Origin: Eledone cirrhosa
Taxonomy: Eukaryota
Direction: 5' to 3'
Length of the DNA: 64,000 nt
NCBI GenBank assembly: GCA_964016885.1
Contig: OZ024754.1
Coordinates: forward strand, 4,154,001 to 4,218,000
The stretch's first letter is position 1, and the number at the start of each line of letters is the position of its first letter. The notes below the pieces were generated by a model that worked only from the letters and a program-made list of their open reading frames with translations, searched no databases and was not told where the DNA came from. The position numbers and the translations under genes are program-made. Below, in pieces: positions 1 to 14,493 of this stretch.

Positions 1-134
1 CACACACAGATATATTTTCATATATATATATACATATACATACATATATTCATACATATATACACACACACACACACACAAACGCACATATACACAGATA
101 CACACACACACACATAGACACAGATATATATATA

Positions 135-204
135 GTGTAGGTCCTGGCAGAGATTGAACCTAACACCAGGATCTCCACCGTCTCTCATATCTTCCACTAG
201 GCCA

Positions 205-206
<2 letters not shown>
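135..206 (-). mobile_element. tRNA-derived SINE head / tRNA-like fragment between TA tracts
   Basis: Minus strand reads ggTGGCCTAGTGGaaga...aGGTTCAATCtctgccaggacc, i.e. Pol III A-box and B-box at tRNA-like spacing. No clean cloverleaf. Confidence 0.55.
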
Positions 207-251
<45 letters not shown>

Positions 252-1099
252 CGTGTGTGTGTGTGTGTGTGTTTGTGTGTATGCCTATGTTCGTGTGTCC
301 ATGTGTGAGTATATTTGTGTGATTTACTGTGTATTCATGTCTCGATATCCAGTCATACGGCCAGGTCCAGACTTTAGCCGAAAACAAATCGTAAATATTC
401 TAATCAAGAAGGTGCTCCGGCATGGCCGTAGTGTCATGACTGACTGCAATACAAGAAACGAACGAATAATAAAATAATACAGGAAGAAAAGCAAATAAGA
501 TTAATACCGCCTAGAAATTCTCTAAGTTGTTCTTCAAATTCTACCAATACCACCACCCTGCTGCAATACAATACAAAACAAGAATACAAAAACAGGCAAA
601 CACCAATAGAAGCAGGGCAGATATTGTACCAATAACCACAGAACGAAGGTGGAGCCATCAATAATATATTCACCAATACCAACACTACTGTTATATGTTT
701 GATCTTCGCTAGTTTGTCTGTGTGTCTGTTTCGCCATCTTTGTGGTGATGAACGCCATGAATAAACATGCTAGTGGTGAATTAATAGTGACTTGCGTACA
801 TAATGTATGAACAGCTTGTTGTTTAACCCTTGGAATATATAAGGCATGTTTAACTAACACACTACACTATACACTATACACTATATACAGACAGAATGTT
901 AAGAAAGTCAGTAAGCTGTCAGCTGCACACAGACTTTCCAAACACTAAGTATGTGAATGATGTATAGGGCGTGTGAGTGTATATATATATATATGCATAT
1001 GTACATATATTTATTTATGAATGTATGAATATGGGTGTGTGAATATATGCATGTATATATATATATGCATGTATATATATATATATGCATGTATATATT

Positions 1100-1135
<36 letters not shown>

Positions 1136-1150
1136 TATATATATATATAT

Positions 1151-1286
1151 GCAGATTCCTGATGATTTCTCAAGAATGAAACAGTTCTAGTCCTGTAGAA
1201 TCTCATCTATATTACAACTTTATACTCTGCTATGTATTGAGTACCTTACTTACTGTGATTACCCCGATCCCACCGGGAACAACTTA

Positions 1287-1288
<2 letters not shown>
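1151..1288 (+). mobile_element. PLE-type 3' end, family B, in (TA)n
   Basis: Near-identical to 37114-37240; flanked by TA repeats on both sides; contains an HHR. Confidence 0.75.
1153..1203 (+). ncRNA. Type I hammerhead ribozyme (family B)
   Basis: agattc CTGATGA t-ttc-tcaa-gaa-t GAA ACAG ttctagtc CTGT A gaatct. Stem I 6 bp, stem III 4 bp, cleavage triplet GUA (after 1197), CTAG palindrome in loop III. Confidence 0.8.
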
Positions 1289-1343
<55 letters not shown>

Positions 1344-1415
1344 GTGCGTGTGTATATATATATAAATATATATATATGTATATACATACATACATGCATA
1401 TGTATGTATATATGT

Positions 1416-1461
<46 letters not shown>

Positions 1462-1711
1462 AGAGGGAGGGGGAGAGTGAGAGAGTTATATATACAGGTA
1501 TATATATGTATATATATATATGTGAGAGTGTGTGTGTGTGAGAGTGTGTGTACCTGTGATAGGGTTGTGTACTACAAAGTCTCTGTTACATATATGCATT
1601 CATCAATAAAACTATATGTAGAGGTTATAATGTTTAGGCTGAAGATGAAAAATTATAAATGCAAACATAACCACAATACCCGCAGAGGTTTAACTTATAA
1701 GTGTGTGTAGA

Positions 1712-1748
<37 letters not shown>

Positions 1749-1839
1749 TTCGCTCAATATATATGTAAATATATATATATATATACACCTCGGTTATTTT
1801 TCATTTTGTAAAAAAACCTCACTTTCAAATATATATATA

Positions 1840-1912
<73 letters not shown>

Positions 1913-1995
1913 TATTTCTGTATCTATTCCATGAGAGTATATACATTTCCGATGTATATAGTCTACATGTGGCCCCGGCATAAATGTGTAAATGA

Positions 1996-2034
<39 letters not shown>

Positions 2035-2159
2035 ATATATTCATATATATATATATGTATGTATGTATATATATTTATATATATATATGTATGTATGTAT
2101 ATATATTTATATATATATATGTACTAAGAGTGAGAAATGAAATTTCAATTTCATTTTTT

Positions 2160-2210
<51 letters not shown>

Positions 2211-2528
2211 AGGGAAACTATATTTTTAAAAATATTTTATATATTTTATTTTAGAAAAAATATTGAAGATATGATACAGGTATATTAAGGTGTAGGTCCT
2301 GGTTACGAAGTGAATTACTGTTGAAATATGTATAATATAGACACACACATACACACACACACACACACACAAACATATATATATATGCAGAGACAGAGAC
2401 ACCCATACACACATACACACATACACACACATATATATATATACATATATATACATATATGAGCAAATATTTATATTTATGTACATATATATATGTGTAT
2501 ATATATACAAATATTTATATTTATATAC

Positions 2529-2556
<28 letters not shown>

Positions 2557-2559
<3 letters not shown>

Positions 2560-2762
2560 GGAACGAGTAGGACCCCGACGGCTGAGCTCAAGCCGTTTCG
2601 ACGGCTAATTCTGTCCAGAATTCAGTCCAGAATTAGCCGTCGAAACGGCTTGAGCTCAACCGTCGGGGTCCTACTCGTTCCTATTACCCACTCTAATACC
2701 CTAAGTATTGAGTACTTTGGTGCGTTATGGTCCACTTGGTTCCTTACCACATTTCCTTCGTT
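2557..2762 (+). mobile_element. PLE-type end, family A, head-to-head hairpin plus tail
   Basis: Inverted arms 2557-2613 / 2628-2684, then a ~78-nt unpaired tail ending ...ccttcgtt(AT)n. Arms hold the HHR 3' half (GAAAC-ggc..cc-GTC-gggg). Confidence 0.8.
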
Positions 2763-2901
2763 ATATATATATATATATATATGAGTATATATATATATAC
2801 ATATATTTACATATATGTAGAGGGGGACTTTCCAGGGATAACTCGAACCGTTAAGGTATATTATCCCTGGTCATGTCAAATATTCATAAAACATTTTGTA
2901 T

Positions 2902-2956
2902 TTTATCTGATGATAGCGTACCAAAATGTTGGTACCCTTGAAATATATATAATAGA
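2902..2956 (+). ncRNA. Type I hammerhead ribozyme in TA-embedded insert (~2820-3003)
   Basis: tttat CTGATGA tagc-gtacca-aaatgt-tggtac-cctt GAAA tatata T A ataga, followed by AATAAA (2956-2961). Palindromic stem III. Upstream hairpin ccagggataa/ttatccctgg at 2832-2870. Confidence 0.7.
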
Positions 2957-3477
2957 ATAAATATGGTTTTATAAATATAGTTTCCATTTATTTAATATCA
3001 TTGTATATTTACATATATATATAATTTACATATATATATATATATAATTTACAAATACATATATATACATATATACAAGAGTGTGTGTGTCTATCGTTTT
3101 ATTCTTGTATGCATGAGTTCGTCTTTCAACGCGTTTTTATTCTTTTTATTTTTTGGCTTTATTTTATATAATTACGAAATCAAATGTTGGGTTTATTCAA
3201 CAAATTCCCATAATAATTTACACACATATACTTATAAGTATGGACCCACACATACACATACAACCAAACACAGGTAGCACCATACACACACAAAACGCAC
3301 ATATATATATATATATATCTATATAAAATTATTTAGTTGTATAATACTAAATATATGAATATATATATATATTAATAAATATATGAATTTGTAATATACT
3401 ATATTACAAATTCATATGTATATCTATAAAGAATATAAACATATGCTTTATGTGCCTATGTATATATCTACACACAC

Positions 3478-3574
<97 letters not shown>

Positions 3575-4744
3575 TATATATATATATTGATAAACGTACA
3601 CATATATATGTACATCCCTAGTTCTGTACTCCATGATGTTTAAAATAACTGTTACTCGGAGTAACCCCTTTAACATATCATTTGACTTATTCAACGTACG
3701 GATAATTTATTTCATGTGACATGCAATGTTTTATTAAGTAACAATGAATTATTTAAAATAAATCATAGGCATTTTCATCTGTATATAAATATGCATATGC
3801 ATTTGTGTGTATATATATATAGCATGCTTATATAAATATGAACATACGTGCATACATTTCTATATATATAATATATATATATATATACATTTGTATATAT
3901 AATATTTATATACATATACATACATATTTATATTTATATGTATATATATAAATCATATGCATTCATACGAATATATATATATATAATATACATACATATA
4001 TATATACAAATATATATATATATTTGTATATATATATATACAGATATATATATATATATATACAAATATATATATATATGTATGTATATATATACAGATA
4101 TATATATATATATACAAATATATATATATATATGTATGTATATATATATATACAGATATATATATATATATATACAAATATATATATATATTTGTATATA
4201 TATATATACAGATATATATATATATATATATATATACAGATATATATATAAATATACATATATATATATACGTATACATAGATATATATACGTATACATA
4301 GATATATAGATAGATATAGAAAGACAGATAGATAAATAAAAAAAATAGATAGATACAATATTTCTGGTGGGGTTATATGCGTGAAAGCTTGTTTGTGTTT
4401 TTCTTAGAATCAACATACAATCTTAACATGCATTTATTTTACAACAGCAAGTTAAGTTATTTCTGAAAAATGTGAACGGAACACCTGCCAACTTTCTCAA
4501 TAATGTGTCAAGCAAAAAATGATTTACCATCATACACTCACACACACAAACCAACGTTTATATAAGAAAATAAACAGAAACACAATTAAATTCACACGTA
4601 CACACGTACATATACTATATATATATATATACACAGAGATATATTCATTTTTAATTATATATGTGTAAATTTATATACTTATACGAATATATGCATATAT
4701 ATATATATATAAATAAATATATATATATATGTATATATATATGA

Positions 4745-4791
<47 letters not shown>

Positions 4792-4808
4792 TACATATAC
4801 GTACGTCC

Positions 4809-4845
<37 letters not shown>

Positions 4846-4939
4846 AAAATTGAACGGGAACAAAGCAGAGAGACAGTACGAACAAAGGTTTATTAGTTTC
4901 ACGCTCTTGTATATATATATGAATATATATATATATATG

Positions 4940-5296
<357 letters not shown>

Positions 5297-5849
5297 TGTG
5301 TTTAATTTCTCTCGTTCATGGCTCTGCTGCTTTACTGATAGTTAATCTGAAATTTCACGTCTTCACATTTTAATATCAACCTGCAATGTTTTAGGAAAAA
5401 TCTTACTCTCTTACTTATATTCTGCATGCTACGTTCAATTCCAGTTTGCACCATTCTTTGTTTCATCGTTGCAAAATCATTACATTATATACTAACTACT
5501 ATTAGTGTGTAGAACACTACACACTTCTTCTTATTTCTACCTTGGGGATATTCGATGTTTTCCAAACTGGATGAATTGGGTTCAAATATATTTAAATTGC
5601 CTAAACTGTGCTGTATATCAGATGTGTCTAAGAATTCACCACCAGTTGACCACCTTTTACACATTTTTTACATTATTATTCTAACATACACTGTGTTTAT
5701 ATACAATAAACATATTTCTAAACTCCCTATCAATTAAATTATACTTTTTGTTAAGAAAAAAATATTTTTCCCAAAATTCCTCTTTGAATATAAAACAGAG
5801 TTTGTCAATATATCCATAAATAAACATACATACATACATAATTACATAC

Positions 5850-5894
<45 letters not shown>

Positions 5895-5904
5895 TGTGTC
5901 TGTG

Positions 5905-6330
5905 TGTATGAAACCAGCCACCATCCCGTTTTCTTCGTGAAAAAGGTGAACATTTTTGACACCCATCAGGCTGCAAGACGATACTTCTCAAAGGAGACAG
6001 AAATTCTGTAGAGTCAACGGCCATCCCATACTGTGTAAGGAAAGACAACGATTAGACAGTGGTCAGTAACCTTGGTTGGTACTTTGAGGTTGAGAAGGAA
6101 CACACCGTTTTCAAAACTGATTGTAGATGGGACACCTTCATCACCTTTACTGACAGCGTTTTAATTGCTCAACGGTTTCATCTTTGTGATGAAGGTGATT
6201 AAGTGACATCTCGCTAATCAGCATACAAACATTCGGGAGTATATTTTTCTCCATGAGAATCCCGAATATATGGCATCATATAGATCAGTAACATTGAGAT
6301 GTTGCTATTGTCCATGGTCGCCGCACTTCT
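5905..6330 (+). mobile_element. Degenerate copy of RTE-like non-autonomous repeat
   Basis: Collinear with the reverse complement of 29238-29805 (gagtcaacggccatcc vs gagtcaatggccatcc; ttcttcgtga vs ttcttggtga). RTE affinity is recalled, not searched. Confidence 0.5.
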
Positions 6331-6560
6331 GTAATATGTATATAGTCATATATTTGTGTGTGTGTGTGTGTGTATATGGGATTAAACCATAGACAGAGAG
6401 TCAGGCTGATATGCAGTCTGATGAATAGCGATAGATAGAGAAAGAGGCAGACTGACAAACTCACAGATATATGCGGGTAGGTAGGTTGATATGTGGGTCG
6501 ATAGACATAAATACGTATTAGAGACAGAACACGTCTTTTATTGATATTGATATATATATA

Positions 6561-6696
6561 TATTAAAATAACAGATTAATCTGTTTTTAATCTGTTATTT
6601 TAATAAATATTTGCTCTACGGTTCTTATATATTTGATATATATTTATTCTTATCGAGCCCTCTTTGGATTTTAGTCATAAAATTTATTATTATTAC
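6561..6696 (+). mobile_element. PLE-type end, family C, short hairpin plus tail
   Basis: tattaaaataacagattaa / ttaatctgttattttaata inverted pair, then a ~90-nt tail matching 30241-30345. Confidence 0.7.
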
Positions 6697-6799
6697 TATA
6701 TATATATATATATATATCTTTAGTTTTCTTGGTTCACCACTGGATAGAACTGGTCATTCCGTATGGTCAATCCTGGTTTAATATTGGTACATATATACA

Positions 6800-6843
<44 letters not shown>

Positions 6844-6862
6844 TGTATATATGTATGAATGT

Positions 6863-6936
<74 letters not shown>

Positions 6937-6990
6937 CGCCAAATATTGCGTGAGATATAACAGAGAACAGTGAGTTCATTTTTGTTGGTT

Positions 6991-7050
<60 letters not shown>

Positions 7051-7549
7051 CATGTATTTAGCAGTGCAGCTGATAATCTGCGTGGTTTCTGCATTCAACA
7101 AACACTATACGAGAAATATTACACCCTACATACAGCAACAACAATAACTTCTCCACAAATACATCACACACATACACACTCACTAACTCACACATTCACT
7201 TACACGTACGAACATACACGCATACACAGACACCCATACACTCATTCACACACACAAACCAAGAATTTCAATCACTTGCACTCAGTCCCACTCCCAGTCA
7301 TTCAATCTTAAAAGTTTGTTTTTTTTTAGAATATTTTTATTATTTTTTGTTTTTAAACTCTTGTAAATGCGCTATGAAATAAGAACATGCATTAACATAT
7401 ATATTCGCATTCGTACACGTGATCATATATACATACACACGTATATGTATTACCAGAGAAAACACACGTGATCTCAATGCAATAAATCCGATTAAATAAA
7501 AGTCGCCAACTCGAGCAAATAATTGGTCCTTGCTGTCAATGATCGCATA

Positions 7550-7590
<41 letters not shown>

Positions 7591-7621
7591 TTTGAAGACG
7601 TAATTGTATTTATATGTGATT

Positions 7622-7800
7622 GCATGTGGCTAACTTGTTAATGAGTTAATCTCCCGATTTGAAGGCTGTGAGTTCGGTTCATGAGTCCTTGAGCAAAGCA
7701 CTTTATTTTACATTATTCCCGTTCGCACATCTAAAGACAATGATGTGTACCTGTAATTGAAACAGTTAGCAATTTCACACACTGTGTCTTGCTAAATGTA
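7622..7800 (+). mobile_element. Degenerate tRNA-derived SINE
   Basis: A-box-like tggctaacttg, B-box-like gagttcggttc, then CORE-like gtccttgagcaaagcacttta. Confidence 0.45.
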
Positions 7801-8150
7801 TTTTATATAGGAGAATGGGCCATATACTTGTGGGAAATCCGTTCACGGTTTATGGGTACCCGAGACCACTTTATACTCTGGCATAGACCAGTCATGGAAA
7901 TATATATTTATAATTAATCTAGGACTATCAACAATATAAAACACTTTAAATGTTACTTGCTGAAGGATAGTACAATAGAAAAATGGTAATCTAAATTAAA
8001 CTTAACCGTACACATGATTTATGAGTTTGTTGTGGCAAGCCTCTTCCAATTCTTGTAAATAATACATTTAATTTATTTAACATATAAACAGATATTAAGA
8101 AATCTCGTGTTTTCTATATCTACCATATTTTTTATACATATAACATGGAT

Positions 8151-8194
<44 letters not shown>

Positions 8195-8198
<4 letters not shown>

Positions 8199-8384
8199 AT
8201 GTATGACCCCGACGGCAGAGCTCAAGCCGTTTCGACTGCTATTTGAGTCTAGAAATAGTCGTCGAAACGGCTTGAGCTCTGCCGTCGGGGTCATACATTT
8301 TCCTATTACCAACTCTACTACCCTAAGTAGTGAATACTCTGATGCATTATGGTCCATCTGGTTCCTTACCACAACTCCTTCGTT
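8195..8384 (+). mobile_element. PLE-type end, family A, head-to-head hairpin plus tail
   Basis: Arms 8195-8244 / 8253-8302, tail 8303-8384, TA flanks. Confidence 0.8.
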
Positions 8385-8463
8385 ATATATATATATATAT
8401 ATATACGTTCATCCACATAGAGGCAAAATTACACACATACACAAATATATATATATGTATACA

Positions 8464-8510
<47 letters not shown>

Positions 8511-8637
8511 TAACATATAGTGAAGATCTCTTGCATATGTAATTAAAACGACATCGTTTTTGTTTGCTAATTCTATGATATTTTATAAAACTTGATATGA
8601 TCATCACGATCATCTTTATATCTTCACCATCCATTCT

Positions 8638-8677
<40 letters not shown>

Positions 8678-8760
8678 GCTGCTGCTATTGCTGATGCTGA
8701 TGCTGCTATTGATGGTGATGTTGCTACTTTTGTTATTAGTATCATCATCATCATCCACAT
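8638..8760. repeat. (TAC)n/(TGC)n/(ATC)n trinucleotide tract
   Basis: Directly visible. Confidence 0.9.
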
Positions 8761-8931
8761 TGTCATCATTTTCATCATTTTGATTTTGTTTTTTTTCATT
8801 AGGAATAAAATGAAATCTGATATAATTTTCTTTCCATCCCACTTTTATACCAGTTATCTCCCTTTTCCGTACACTTGATATTCTTTTTTGTATGCATATA
8901 TATATACAAACATATATACATATATATATAC

Positions 8932-8987
<56 letters not shown>

Positions 8988-9544
8988 CAATCTTTGCAAT
9001 ATTATGAAAGAAAATATCATACAAACCGACACGCATTCAAGCACATGTATGTGTGTGAAGCCATGTGTGCGTTTGTATATATATATATATATGTGTGTGT
9101 GTGTATGTGTGTATATGTGTATGTGTGTGCGTGTGTGTGTGTGCGTGTATGTACATCATTCTCTTCATTTGGGATTTGATATCAGACATTAATTTTTTTT
9201 TTTTTATATATCCGCAAATTATTCTTTTGTATTTCAAATAATTTTCTTCTCTCATCATTCTGCACCACACACAGTCTAATAATCAAAACCTAACACACAC
9301 TAACACAGATACAATCCCTTTAATACCTACACACACACACACACACAAACAGGCACACGTACACTAAACTAAATATATAAATATGCATTTGCCATTCACA
9401 TATGCATACACATACACATTACATATGTGCAAATCTACACACACAAATACGCGCACGCGCACGCACAGATGTATGCTATCTCCATTTTTTATCATTCTAT
9501 CTCTAAATCTTTCCAGTACACACACACACACACATGCACATATA

Positions 9545-9975
9545 TATATATACCTATATATATTATATATATATGTACATATATATTATATATAGGTATG
9601 TATATATACATATACATACCTCTATATAATATATACATATGAACATATACATACCTATATATAATATATATATGTACATATATATTATATAAAGGTATGT
9701 ATATATACATATACATACTTCTATATAATATATATATGTACATATACATACCTATATATAATATATATATATGTACATATATATTATATATAGGTATGTA
9801 TATATACATATACATACCTCTATATAATATATACATATGAACATATACATACCTATATATAATATATATATATGTACATATATATTATATATAGGTATGT
9901 ATATATACATATACATACCTCTATATAATATATATATGTACATATACATACCTATATATAATATATATATATGTA
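9545..9975. repeat. ~100-bp AT-rich minisatellite with internal palindrome, ~4 units
   Basis: ac(c/t)tctatataat recurs near 9618, 9718, 9816 and 9918. Each unit contains catacctatata...tgtaca...tataggtatg. Confidence 0.75.
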
Positions 9976-10349
9976 CAATAAACATACCTATATAATATAT
10001 GTCTTTCTCTCTCTCTTTCTCTCTCTCTTACTCTCTCTCTCTCTCTCTCACTTGCTCTCTTTATCTCTCTCTCACTCTATCACTTATTTATTCTTACCCT
10101 CCTTCATAATAAAAATAACATCATCATTATTATCATTATTATTATTATCATTATTATTTAATATCATCTTATATGATACTTCATCTCCTCTACCACCTTC
10201 TCCTCCCCCCTCTCTCTCCTCATCCTGTCCATTACTCCATGTTTATCTCTGATTACGTTCATTGCTCTCCTCCTTTGCATTTTCGTCTTAAGGTTTCATT
10301 TTCTTCTCTCACTTTTCCTCTATCTTTCTCTATGGATGTTTTCATAGCT

Positions 10350-10351
10350 GT

Positions 10352-10428
<77 letters not shown>

Positions 10429-11520
10429 AAGTAGTGTTGTTGTTGTTGTTATATTTGTTGTTTATATGGTTTCTAATATTCTTATTGCTGCTGCTGTTGT
10501 TGTTGTTGTGTATGTTATTATAGTCATTATTGTTTTTGTGTTGTTTAACTGTTGTTTTTATAGTTGTTGTCGATGTTGTTGTTAGAAATATTGTTGTTAT
10601 AGCTGTTGTTGCTATAGCAATTGATGTTTTAGTTGTTGTTTTATCGGTGTTGTTCCTCCATTAGTTGTTGTTGTTGGAGCCGTTGTTGTTATAACAATTG
10701 TAGTAATATATGTTGTTGTTTTAGATGTTCTCTTTAAGACTGTTATACATAGAAGCTATTATATTTGTTGTTGTTGTAATGTTGTTGTTTTCTTTCCTTA
10801 GTCTAGCTGAAAGCATTGCGTTCCATTTTGAACGTCTTAGTTTTTGCTTTACAATAATCACATCCTAAAGCTTAATTGGTTTATAGATATTATACATACA
10901 TCTCGAGTCACGTTGAGATGTATGTAATACAGATTTCATCTTTCTCAAAAGGCTCTGACTGACTGCTAACGATGTGTGCAACCACAGATATGACAGCGAT
11001 CGCTCCCACCCTCATACCAGCCACACTACCAACATTCCCATCATCATCATCATCATCATCACCATCACCACCAGCAACAACATCTTTACCACTACCGTTA
11101 CTGTTTTCCACACAAGCTACCAGCGCCGTGGCCTCCAACCATCAAAACTCTCAGCAACACTACTATTCAAATAAATAACTGAAGTTATCACCAACACCCA
11201 TCGCCATCATCATCATCATCATCAACTTTACTACCATCCTCGCCTCCTCCATCGCCAGCAGCTTCACTAACATCAGCTCCACCCGTCTACTACCATCCAT
11301 TCACCAACACCATTACTATTTACTTTTACGTCTGCCACCAACACTACTATTTCTCTACCATTTATCATCTCCACCATCATCATCATCATCATCTTCATCA
11401 CTACTAACATTAGCACTACCATTCCTCTGGTCTACCATCGTCCCCACCCTCATCACTACCCATAACACCTCCATAATTCCACGACCCTTACCGCCATAAT
11501 CATCGCTCGCATCATGACTA
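10350..11520. repeat. Low-complexity (AGC)n(AGT)n(TTG)n then (CAT/CAC)-rich region
   Basis: Directly visible degenerate trinucleotide repeats. Confidence 0.8.
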
Positions 11521-11734
11521 TCATTGCCCTTCCTCTACCACACAATAACAATAAACGCCTTCATGAAAACCATCAACACAAACACGAATACAAAATATTC
11601 CACTAGCAACAACATCCCTGAGAAATCCTAAAAATCTCATCAAATTATCATTCCTCCCAAAGTGTTAGTCTCCATGATGTAAAATAAAAATGTATGTAGC
11701 GGAAAAATTTGATTATATTTTACTAAAATAATGA

Positions 11735-11766
11735 GATGCTGACGATTGGAAACCCATCGGTCAATC
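11735..11766 (+). ncRNA. Possible minimal hammerhead lacking stem II
   Basis: gatg CTGACGA ttg GAA ACC catc GGT C aatc. Core, 3-bp stem III and GUC are present; stem I is weak with a mismatched first pair. Confidence 0.3.
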
Positions 11767-12249
11767 GTCTACTTTTGTTAAGGGCTAAACATCAACAACA
11801 AAAATAAATATATAACTATCTGGGGTAAGCAAAGGCTTGTTCACCTAGGAGCAAAAGAGGAACACCCTCCATCTCGGTTAAACCTTATCTCCCTCAAACT
11901 ACACTATACCAAATTATAAACATAATATTAAACATGTTCCCGAAGGAAAGATCCTATTACTCTCAGCTGGAATACAATTTATTGTAGTTCTTATGAACTA
12001 AGAATAACTTGTATCTTAAAAACGACGGGACCATATATCTCACAAAATGAATTATAATACATCAATCATATAATTCCCTTCTTTCTTTACGTCTGTAGTT
12101 ACAACAACCATCAGGAGAGCAATACTGGCTTCAGTCATAAAATCCTGTCCATTCCTAGGGTCCCAACTTGATTTAGTCTAGCATTTTGAACTCAATATTT
12201 ATTTCATCGGTCTCATTTTTCAACATCATATGGTATAGTCACATATATG

Positions 12250-12327
<78 letters not shown>

Positions 12328-12435
12328 CTACTTTAATTATTCGCTCCCGAAGAACGCAGGGAGGGTAAAAGAAGCATTGAGTTTAACTCATCTTATCAAT
12401 AAAAATAGTGATCTAACATATTATAATATTATAAC

Positions 12436-12516
<81 letters not shown>

Positions 12517-12534
12517 GTCGGGCTACTGTAATTT

Positions 12535-12647
12535 CCGGGCTGTAACCAGGGCTATTGTAGAAGAGACTTGCAAAAGTTGCTGCACAGCATGATTGAACCC
12601 AGAACCAGCTGTTGGCGAAGCGAAAGTTGTACCACGACAGCCATACT
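12535..12647 (-). mobile_element. Degenerate tRNA-derived SINE (type 2)
   Basis: Reverse-strand B-box (gattgaacccag); body is related to 45105-45265. Confidence 0.5.
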
Positions 12648-12954
12648 TTTACAAAGCAGAATTTCATATAACCCAGTTACATCTATTTCATTGTAACTTT
12701 TTGAGAGTTTCACGTTTAGTTAATTTAATGCAGTGTAATGATTCTCAGAGATCTATTGATAAGCTTTTTCTTGCAATATAGGATTAGCACAGTATTTTAG
12801 AATTGAGAATAAACAGGCAGAGGAAAGGATTAAGAAGGCTGTAATTATTTACCTCTACTCAGTATCTGCATAGAAATTGTTTACATGGGCATATAGGCGT
12901 ATGGATATGTGCGTATGCATGCATCACACACACATACAAACAAATATCTACGTC

Positions 12955-13019
<65 letters not shown>

Positions 13020-13246
13020 TAGATATATATATATATATATAGGTATATATATATATATATATATATGTGTGTAGGTAGGTAGATAAATACACTCACGCAT
13101 ACGTAAGCGTTTATATATTTATGTGTAAATATATATATATACAGATAAATGTTTTTATATATATATATATATATATGTGTGTGTTTGACTGTATTGACGA
13201 CTGTATATACATATATATAATGTATATATATATATTTATATATATG

Positions 13247-13279
<33 letters not shown>

Positions 13280-13314
13280 TTATATATATGTATATATATA
13301 TATATATGTATATA

Positions 13315-13370
<56 letters not shown>

Positions 13371-13390
13371 ATATATATATATATATATAT

Positions 13391-13422
<32 letters not shown>

Positions 13423-13884
13423 CTAGCTGTTACATTGAAGTTTCATATAAGTTTTAGAGACATAGACATAAATCATAAGATGAAATATAAACAATAGTAT
13501 ATTAGTGTAAAAGTTTGATTCGAAGTAAATGAAAACATTGAAAATAGTGGAAAAAATATCGTCAGCCAGTCAGCGAAACGGAATGAAGGGGTGAAAGAGA
13601 AGGTAAATTTCAAAGAGAGAAAAAAATATGGTAACCAACAAAAGTGGAATAATGCAAAACATTCCAGAACAATGCCTAAACAAAATTTTTATTTTGTCTT
13701 ACGTTGCGTCTTCCATAATACTCTTAACTATTTTCCATCTCGGAACTTTGGAGCGTTTCAGACAACAAACACATCTACCTCTCTATCTATGTAACTTCAA
13801 TAGCTTCAATCATGCAAACAACCTACAAAAACATTGCGCTACTAATCTCACATAACTAGTTGGATAGAGTTCCATATATGATTA

Positions 13885-13916
<32 letters not shown>

Positions 13917-14493
13917 CATTTATTTATATATATGCATATATAGGTATATATATAATTATTTATATATATGCATATATATATATATGTGTATAAATGTAAT
14001 TATTTATTTATATATATGCATATATATGTGTGTGTAGATATACATATAGATATATGGATATTTATGTATGTATAAATCATATATATATGTGTGTGTGTGA
14101 GAGAGGGAGAGAGAGTGAGAGGGGGGGGGAGAGAAAGAGAGAGATAGAGAGAAGGGGAGAGAGTGAGTGAATTTACAGGATCATGATAAGGTTATAGAGA
14201 ATGCCTTCTGATATATATTTTAGCTCTACTCGTTTCGTGTTCAAATCCCACGGGGATGGAATTTTCATTTCAACATATCTGTGTTGCTAAATTTATTCAT
14301 TTTCATTTTAGGACATAAGTTAACCCATGGTTTTCATTCATTTCAAAGGACAACATTAAATAAATGTTATATATATATTGACTAATCGATACCAATCATG
14401 CATCCTCATATTATTAGTCTGGGTAAAATATATCCATTCGGCCGTTCGTCATCAGAAACCATGAGAGGACATATATATATATATATATATATA

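Noticed and set aside
534-740. Minus-strand ORF with hydrophobic stretch (possible signal-peptide exon)
   Set aside because: No recognisable homology and no convincing splice donor; not excluded but unsupported.
2557-2684. Long hairpins (also 8195, 22605, 37059, 38923) as pre-miRNAs or MITEs
   Set aside because: Arms are pieces of dispersed repeat families, loop position varies between copies, and one arm always continues into a tail.
6414-6456. CTGATGA...GAAA hammerhead candidate
   Set aside because: No stem II and no UH triplet before the putative stem I.
14420-14460. Minus-strand CTGATGA next to a TA tract
   Set aside because: GAAT instead of GAAA and no consistent stems; possibly very decayed but not supportable.
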